Source of the DNA: a candidate division WOR-3 bacterium | GTDB taxonomy: Bacteria; Hydrothermota; Tepidihabitantia; SM23-42; JAOAFX01 | Reading direction: 5' to 3' | Length of the DNA: 52,764 nucleotides | Assembly: GCA_039802265.1 (NCBI GenBank) | Contig: JBDRWI010000007.1 | Span: forward strand, 1 to 52,764 | In this document: piece after piece, positions 46,629 through 52,764 of the stretch | How the letters are laid out: each line of letters begins with the position of its first letter | How positions within the stretch are numbered: the first letter of the stretch is position 1 | Program-made: the position numbers and the translations under genes | Notes under the pieces: generated by a model | Told to the model about the DNA's origin: nothing | Databases searched by the model: none | Seen by the model: only the letters and a program-made list of their open reading frames with translations

Positions 46629-49038
46629 AATCTTTAATTTTGCTTTTTATACTACCCTGTCTGACTTTTACTGCCAGCCGCCATAGACCAAAGGGAATAT
46701 AGAATCCCAAAAGTGCGCATACGGTCGTGATGGTAATAATAAGACCAATGGTAAAATGGATTGACTTATACTCAAAGATAACCTTATGTGGACCTGGATT
46801 CAAATATACTGCACGGAATGTATAATTGGCTCGATAAAGTTCTTTTTCTTCTTTATCAACATAGACCCGCCAGTCCGGATGCCAGTTATCGGTTAAAACC
46901 AGAAATCCAGAATGGGAGCAATTAGTTTCACAGACAATGCGATTTGGTGAATATTCAAGGATTTTTACCTCATAAAAAGAGAAGGTATCTGTGCCGGATA
47001 AAACCCCGGGGTCTTTATTGAGCAATACTGACCTTTTATGATTAAATCTTTCAGACTTCATATATTCAAGAGTCTCTTCTTCTTTAAGCACGCGGTGGTC
47101 ACCGACGATATAGGCGCGGGGCAGGACACTATCATTCTGATATACGGTATGCTGATAACCTCTGTAGACTGGTCTGAACCGATTAAGGTAGTTCTTGATC
47201 ATCAAGATGATACGCTGGGAATTCGGGTCATAACCCGATATGTCATCGGGGAGGTTTGGGGCAATGATATATTTAAGGTTTAATAGATCAACAAACTTCG
47301 GATATGAAATCAAATTTTGTGGATTGAACATTACACTCATGCCAGCACCGATTAAATCCTGATAGCGCTGAATAGGGTTGGCGATATAACCACCTGCACT
47401 CTGGATGTTGTGATATAAAAGATATGAATCCCGGTCATGTTCACCACGCATGCCATATTGAAAGGGAAATACCCTGAAGATATCTTGGTCTTTCTTTAAG
47501 AAATTTACGACATCGTCTGCTTTATAATATACCTCCGGTGCTGGTCCTGAAGGTAGATATTTCGCCATCACTGGCAACTGGTGAATGAGCGTAAGACCAC
47601 AAAATATAAGTGTAGCAGTGGAAATTGAAAGCCTTTGATTTATTGCAAGATAGAGAAAGATAATTGTTAAGACAGTAAATATCAGAGTGACAAATGCGCC
47701 GCTATAATAAGAAGCAAGATTCCTTTGGAAATAGACTATCTTCTCACCTGCCTCAGCATGTCCAATTGCTGGGGCAATTAAAAAGAGGATGATTATTAAA
47801 GAAAAGAAGATTACTACACTGGTAATTATAAATTTCTTTCTTTCAATTTTCTTCTGGATAGCAATTTCCTCAAAACCAGTTGCCCCGATAACCACCACAC
47901 TGAAAGAAACAAGATAGAATGCGAGCCCGGGTGCCCGCATTAACTTAAATCCGGGAATCAGTTCATAGAAGAGCCGATGCACAAAGGTTGAACCGCCAAA
48001 GGAGTATAAAAGGGAAACCAAACCCGCAAAGATAAAGAATTTTACATAACTCTTCTTGTAGCAAAATATCAAGGCGAAGACAGCAAAGATTATCATAACC
48101 ACACCGAAGAATTCGCTGTGCAATTTCATCGGATTTTTACCCCAGTAGTTTTCCATACCACCGGAAAAATTGGAAACAAGAAGGTCAAGAATTTCCACTG
48201 GCGGCAGATTCCAGCTTGCTGCATATTCATATCCCCTTTCAACACCACGGGCAACCGCCTTCATTCCACCCATAACCGGCAGCCAGACCGCCGCCATCAG
48301 CAGGCAGACAAGGACGATTGAAAATGCACCATAGCCGAATATCTTTAGATAGTCTTTTTTTACTAATTCCTTTCTCCGGGCGATTAAGAAGTGTATTACA
48401 TAAACAACCAAGACAATGAGCCCATAATAGGAAATCTGAAAATGCCCCTGATAGAATCCAAAGGCGATGGCGATACCGAGCAGGACAAAGTAGTTAAACT
48501 TTCTTGTATTCAATGCCCGATGGAGCAAGAATAGAATCAAACCGAATACTGCAATACTCGCCGCCCTTCCGGTATGCCCGGCCTCCGGGGTTGTCGCAAG
48601 ATTACCAATCCATTGATAGACAAATGCGCCGACTGCCGCAGAATACTTTGAAAGGTTGAGCTCTTTTAAATAGAGATACATACCCAGCCCAGCAATAAAG
48701 AATAGAATGATAAATGTTATACAATGGACGATTTGAGGTGGAAATAGATATCTTAACTGGGCAAGGGGTGCTAATTGACCACCGACCGGTGAACCGAGTG
48801 CGGGGAAACCACCAAAGACCATCGGGTACCAGAATACAAAACCTCCATGTTCAAGGGCATATTTCTCAAATGGATAGCCATCAAGGAGATAGTCTGAACC
48901 AGCGATCATTTTTTCGGTGGATAAAAACGGGGTAAAATAGACCAAAGGGATTAAAAATAAAAGGATTATTATTATCTTCTCCCAGTGGATATTTATGAAA
49001 TTTATTTTCTCAACCTTGAGTTTATCTTTCTTCGCCAT
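46615..49038 (-). CDS. YfhO-family membrane (GT-C-like) protein
   Basis: WYPMVFGGFP, GHFQISYY, PGFKLMRAP, DLLNLKYII, LPRAY, GFLVLTDNWHPDW...ANYTFRAV...GPHKV. Start moved to ATG 49038, directly after a promoter. Confidence 0.85.
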   Translation of the reverse strand: MAKKDKLKVEKINFINIHWEKIIIILLFLIPLVYFTPFLSTEKMIAGSDYLLDGYPFEKYALEHGGFVFWYPMVFGGFPALGSPVGGQLAPLAQLRYLFPPQIVHCITFIILFFIAGLGMYLYLKELNLSKYSAAVGAFVYQWIGNLATTPEAGHTGRAASIAVFGLILFLLHRALNTRKFNYFVLLGIAIAFGFYQGHFQISYYGLIVLVVYVIHFLIARRKELVKKDYLKIFGYGAFSIVLVCLLMAAVWLPVMGGMKAVARGVERGYEYAASWNLPPVEILDLLVSNFSGGMENYWGKNPMKLHSEFFGVVMIIFAVFALIFCYKKSYVKFFIFAGLVSLLYSFGGSTFVHRLFYELIPGFKLMRAPGLAFYLVSFSVVVIGATGFEEIAIQKKIERKKFIITSVVIFFSLIIILFLIAPAIGHAEAGEKIVYFQRNLASYYSGAFVTLIFTVLTIIFLYLAINQRLSISTATLIFCGLTLIHQLPVMAKYLPSGPAPEVYYKADDVVNFLKKDQDIFRVFPFQYGMRGEHDRDSYLLYHNIQSAGGYIANPIQRYQDLIGAGMSVMFNPQNLISYPKFVDLLNLKYIIAPNLPDDISGYDPNSQRIILMIKNYLNRFRPVYRGYQHTVYQNDSVLPRAYIVGDHRVLKEEETLEYMKSERFNHKRSVLLNKDPGVLSGTDTFSFYEVKILEYSPNRIVCETNCSHSGFLVLTDNWHPDWRVYVDKEEKELYRANYTFRAVYLNPGPHKVIFEYKSIHFTIGLIITITTVCALLGFYIPFGLWRLAVKVRQGSIKSKIKDYEKE

Positions 49039-49045
49039 TTGGGGA

Positions 49046-49073
49046 AGTATAACCAAAACATCCTTTATGTCAA
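49046..49073 (-). promoter_or_regulatory. sigma70-type promoter of yfhO-like/polX, probably leaderless
   Basis: TTGACA-N16-TATACT; ATG 7 nt after -10; no SD. Confidence 0.75.
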
Positions 49074-49266
49074 GTTTGATTGCGATTTCGGTTATAAAAA
49101 TCATTCCTTGTCCCCTTCCATCAAGGGAGGAGAAATATTTATTATTTCGGTTATTCACAATCTACTCACATTCCAGTTTACTGTAAAATATTGAAAATCC
49201 GCTAATCTTCTCAAATATTGCGAATTTGAGTTTAATAAATTGGAGAGGACTCAGCAACCCCACCCC

Positions 49267-49294
49267 TTGACAAATACAAAATTTTGGATAGAAT
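49267..49294 (+). promoter_or_regulatory. sigma70-type promoter about 265 nt upstream of the double-propeller gene
   Basis: TTGACA-N16-TAGAAT. Confidence 0.65.
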
Positions 49295-49559
49295 TTAGAA
49301 TATTATAATTATCAGTGTAATCTCTGTGCCTAAATTATTATCTGGATAAGGCTGATGCCTTAGGATAAATATGGTGCCTTTTTATGGTATAAGCACCGAG
49401 TTATCTGGTACTATTGAGCCTATAGGAATCTACATCATTTTTATCTAACGACTCAATAATATCACTTAGCCAACCATAAAAAATCACACCCGAAGCAATA
49501 TCTAAATAAGGGGAATGGGAAACCCCTTAAGTGTTCAAAATCAAATAAAAGGAGGTATA

Positions 49560-52500
49560 ATGAAACCCATAAACAATGATTTGCTTAATGGCAAATCAGT
49601 CAGCGTTGTAATGTTATTGTTTGCAGTAATGGTCTATGCAGGTTACTGGTCACATAAAATTGTTGATGCCACTGGAGTTGTTGGTCAGTATACTTCCGTT
49701 GCCCTGGATGCCAATGGTAATCCCCATATCAGTTATTATGATTACACAAATGGCAACCTGAAGTATGCCAGAAAGACCGGCGCTTCCTGGACCATTGAGA
49801 CCGTTGATACAACAGGTAGTGTTGGCTATTATGCCTCAATTGCCCTTGATGCCTATGGTAATCCCCATATCAGTTATTATGATTACACAAATTATGACCT
49901 GAAGTATGCCAGAAAGACCGGCGCTTCCTGGACCTTGGAAACGGTTGATGGTTTCACCAGTAATGTTGGTCTGTATACTTCCATTGCCCTTGATGCCTAT
50001 GGTAATCCCCATATCAGTTATTATGATTACACAAATTATGACCTGAAGTATGCCAGAAAGATTGGCACTTCCTGGACCATTCAAACTGTGGATGCAACAG
50101 GCTCTGTTGGCTCTTATACCTCAATTGCCCTTGATGCCTATGGTAATCCCCATATCAGTTATTATGATAACACAAATTATGACCTGAAGTATGCCAGAAA
50201 GATTGGCACTTCCTGGGCCATTCAAACTGTGGATGCAACAGGCTCTGTTGGCTCTTATACCTCAATTGCCCTTGATGCCAATGGTAATCCCCATATCAGT
50301 TATTATGATTACACAAATGGCAACTTGAAGTATGCCAGAAAGGCCGGCGCTTCCTGGACTTTTGAGAACGTTGATACCATCGGAGTTGTTGGTGTGTATA
50401 CTTCCATTGCCCTTGATGCCAATGGTAATCCCCATATCAGTTATCAGGATTACACAAATTATGACCTGAAGTATGCCAGAAAGACCGGCGCTACCTGGAC
50501 CATTGAGACCGTTGATGCCGACGGACTTATTGGGGAGTATCCCTCAATTGCCCTTGATGCCAATGGTAACCCACATATCAGTTATTTTGATGACACAAAT
50601 TGGGATTTACGGTATACGACTACTGCAGTTACGGTTACCTATCCCAATGGTGGCGAGGTATGGTCTGCAGGTGAACAGCAAGTAATTCTCTGGGATGGTG
50701 CAGGTGAAGTTGATATCTATCTTTCAACTGATGGTGGTAATTCCTATTCTTTGATTGTAAATAATGTCTTTGGTGGTGCATATTCCATCACTGTTCCCAA
50801 TACTCTTACAAATAGTGCGCTGATAAAGATTCTGCGTGATATCCTTTATTCTGAAGATTTCTCTGATGCATATTTTACAATTCAGAACCCTATTCCCGTC
50901 AGAACATTTAGAAAAATAACCGTTGATGCCACAGGAAGTGTTGGTTCTTATACTTCCATTGCCCTTGATGCCAATGGCAACCCACATATCAGCTATTATG
51001 ATGTGACTAATACTGATTTAAAGTATGCAAAGAAGATTGGTAGTAGCTGGAGCATTGAGACCGTTGATGCCACAGGTGATGTTGGTCAGTATTCCTCAAT
51101 TGCCCTTGATGCACAGGGTAATCCCCATATCAGTTATTATGATAACACAAACTTTGATTTGAAGTACGCAAAGAAGGCCGGGGCTACCTGGACCATTCAA
51201 ACCGTTGATGCCACAGGCACTGTTGGCTCGCATACCTCAATTGCCCTTGATGCCAATGGTAATCCCCATATCAGTTATTATGATAACACAAACGGTGATT
51301 TAAAGTATGCAAAAAAAACCGGCTCTTCATGGACCATTCAAACCGTTTATGCCACAGGAAGTGTTGGTCAGTATTCCTCAATTGCCCTTGATGCACAGGG
51401 TAATCCCCATATCAGTTATTATGATTTGACAAATACGGATTTAAAATATGCGCGCTGGACTGGCAATGACTGGACCATTGAGACTGTTGATACATCAGGC
51501 GATGCCGGCATGTGGAACGCAGTTATCTTAGATGCCAATGGCAATCCCCATATTAGTTATATCGGCAGTTTCGGGGCAGACTTCGATTTGAAGTATGCAA
51601 AAAAGATGGGAACTTTCTGGACAATCGAGCTCGTTGACACAACAAGTACTTCTTTTTGGATTACCTCAATTGCCCTTGATGCACAGGGTAATCCCCATAT
51701 CACTTATTATGATGGCCAAAAGTTTGATTTGAAGTATGCAAAGAAGATTGAAAACTCCTGGGTCACTCAAACCATTGATGCCACAGGTGATGTTGGTCTG
51801 TATACTTCCATTGCCCTTGATGCCAATGGCAACCCACATATCAGCTATTTTGATGACACCAATGATGATTTAAAGTACACAACCACTGCATTGAATATCA
51901 TAAATCCCAAAAGTGGTGAGACCTGGAATGTTGGTGCCAATGCAACAATAAGATGGGCAGGTCCAAGGGATGTTGATGCCTATCTCTCCTTACAGGGTGG
52001 TGATGACTGGACACCCTGGCTCTCTAATATTGCCGGCACAGCAGAAGGTGATTCTTATTATTATACAGTCCGAGTCCCCCATTTTCCAACACGATTTGCC
52101 CGTTTGAAACTGGTCTATAACAAATTTGACCCGAATAAACCAGTAAACTATTCAGTCTCGGATTCCTTCTTTACGATTCAATCCACAATTACTCTGCTTG
52201 CCTTCAATGCCACACCAGATCAGGATAAAGGTGGTGTTAACCTTTCCTGGCAGACCGAACCAGGTTTACCGGATTTACTGGGTTATAATCTATACTACAT
52301 AGATGGCAGTTCTGATGAACCGAAGAAGTTAAATAGTGAGCTGATTATTGATAATCAGTATTATGACTGCGAAACCCGTGGATTTATTACCTATCAGTTG
52401 GGTGCGGTTAATGGCTTAAATAAAGAATATATCATTGGTGAAGTGAGTCTGAGCACGATTGATAAACCCATTGCAATTCTGCCCAGTGTGATTAAAGGAA

Positions 52501-52748
52501 AAGGAACTGTAGTATTTGATGTACCGAGGTTGACATCGGTGAGCAAAGAGACCGAGATTGAACTGGCGGTTTATGATGTCCTGGGCAAAAAAATCAAGAC
52601 CATTGCAACTGGTAAATTTACCCCGGGCTTCCACACCTGCTCTTTTGATGGTAAGGATGAAAATGGAAATACCCTTTCTCAAGGTACATATTTCATTATA
52701 ATGAAGACACCGAAATATACTGAACGGACCAAGTTCGTGAAATTGTGA
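49560..52748 (+). CDS. Secreted double 7-repeat beta-propeller protein with Ig-like domains and T9SS-type/FlgD-like C-terminal domain
   Basis: GGAGG RBS before ATG 49560; signal peptide ending MVYA; 2 x 7 ~47-aa repeats SIALDAxGNPHISYYDxTNxDLKYA...W.IxTVD; each block followed by a PNGGE/PKSGE Ig-like domain; CTD VYDVLGKKI...FDGKDENG...GTYFI...KFVKL. Confidence 0.88.
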   Translation: MKPINNDLLNGKSVSVVMLLFAVMVYAGYWSHKIVDATGVVGQYTSVALDANGNPHISYYDYTNGNLKYARKTGASWTIETVDTTGSVGYYASIALDAYGNPHISYYDYTNYDLKYARKTGASWTLETVDGFTSNVGLYTSIALDAYGNPHISYYDYTNYDLKYARKIGTSWTIQTVDATGSVGSYTSIALDAYGNPHISYYDNTNYDLKYARKIGTSWAIQTVDATGSVGSYTSIALDANGNPHISYYDYTNGNLKYARKAGASWTFENVDTIGVVGVYTSIALDANGNPHISYQDYTNYDLKYARKTGATWTIETVDADGLIGEYPSIALDANGNPHISYFDDTNWDLRYTTTAVTVTYPNGGEVWSAGEQQVILWDGAGEVDIYLSTDGGNSYSLIVNNVFGGAYSITVPNTLTNSALIKILRDILYSEDFSDAYFTIQNPIPVRTFRKITVDATGSVGSYTSIALDANGNPHISYYDVTNTDLKYAKKIGSSWSIETVDATGDVGQYSSIALDAQGNPHISYYDNTNFDLKYAKKAGATWTIQTVDATGTVGSHTSIALDANGNPHISYYDNTNGDLKYAKKTGSSWTIQTVYATGSVGQYSSIALDAQGNPHISYYDLTNTDLKYARWTGNDWTIETVDTSGDAGMWNAVILDANGNPHISYIGSFGADFDLKYAKKMGTFWTIELVDTTSTSFWITSIALDAQGNPHITYYDGQKFDLKYAKKIENSWVTQTIDATGDVGLYTSIALDANGNPHISYFDDTNDDLKYTTTALNIINPKSGETWNVGANATIRWAGPRDVDAYLSLQGGDDWTPWLSNIAGTAEGDSYYYTVRVPHFPTRFARLKLVYNKFDPNKPVNYSVSDSFFTIQSTITLLAFNATPDQDKGGVNLSWQTEPGLPDLLGYNLYYIDGSSDEPKKLNSELIIDNQYYDCETRGFITYQLGAVNGLNKEYIIGEVSLSTIDKPIAILPSVIKGKGTVVFDVPRLTSVSKETEIELAVYDVLGKKIKTIATGKFTPGFHTCSFDGKDENGNTLSQGTYFIIMKTPKYTERTKFVKL
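49660..50620 (+). repeat. Tandem ~141-bp repeats x7 (propeller block 1)
   Basis: Near-identical core ttgccct(t/g)gatgcc.atggtaa.cc.catatcagtta at ~141-bp spacing. Confidence 0.95.
50920..51880 (+). repeat. Tandem ~141-bp repeats x7 (propeller block 2)
   Basis: Same core as block 1, somewhat more diverged in units 5-6. Confidence 0.93.
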
Positions 52749-52764
52749 AAAGGGTATTAATAGT

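Noticed and set aside
49660..51880. CRISPR-like periodic repeats
   Set aside because: The period is 141 bp, in frame within one ORF; the intervening sequences resemble one another; no cas genes are present.

Overview
A gene-dense, moderately AT-rich bacterial chromosomal region from a diderm organism (lpxC/lpxD present). The mix of PorX/PorY-like regulators, three T9SS-type C-terminal-domain cargo proteins and several GGDEF enzymes suggests an FCB-related lineage such as WOR-3; this is inference, not a database result. Housekeeping content: tRNA-Leu(TAG)-tig-clpP-clpX, recR, yajC, def-fmt-rsmB, a SurA/PpiD-like chaperone, a TrxB-family reductase, lpxD-lpxC, metG-tatD-rsmA-DUF362, a MGDG-synthase-like glycosyltransferase, polX and a YfhO-like protein. 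Accessory and signalling content: three diguanylate cyclases, a PorY-like kinase coupled to a PorX-like REC-PglZ protein, a signal-peptide-bearing TldD/PmbA pair, a radical SAM enzyme, an adenylate cyclase-STAND-TPR protein, an S8 peptidase and two repeat-built beta-propeller proteins. Main observations: (1) an apparent single operon joins tig-clpP-clpX to a GAF-GGDEF cyclase and adjacent porY-porX, facing a second GAF-GGDEF gene; (2) a TrxB with an AhpF-like NADH signature is translationally coupled to an apparently exported TldD/TldE-like protease; (3) 14 sigma70-type promoters in front of genes all have a 16-nt spacer, and several appear leaderless; (4) structured intergenic DNA includes a MITE-like element, REP-like hairpins, a small ORF with a sequestered RBS upstream of metG and a multi-hairpin 5' leader. 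No CRISPR array, rRNA, transposase or integrase was seen.
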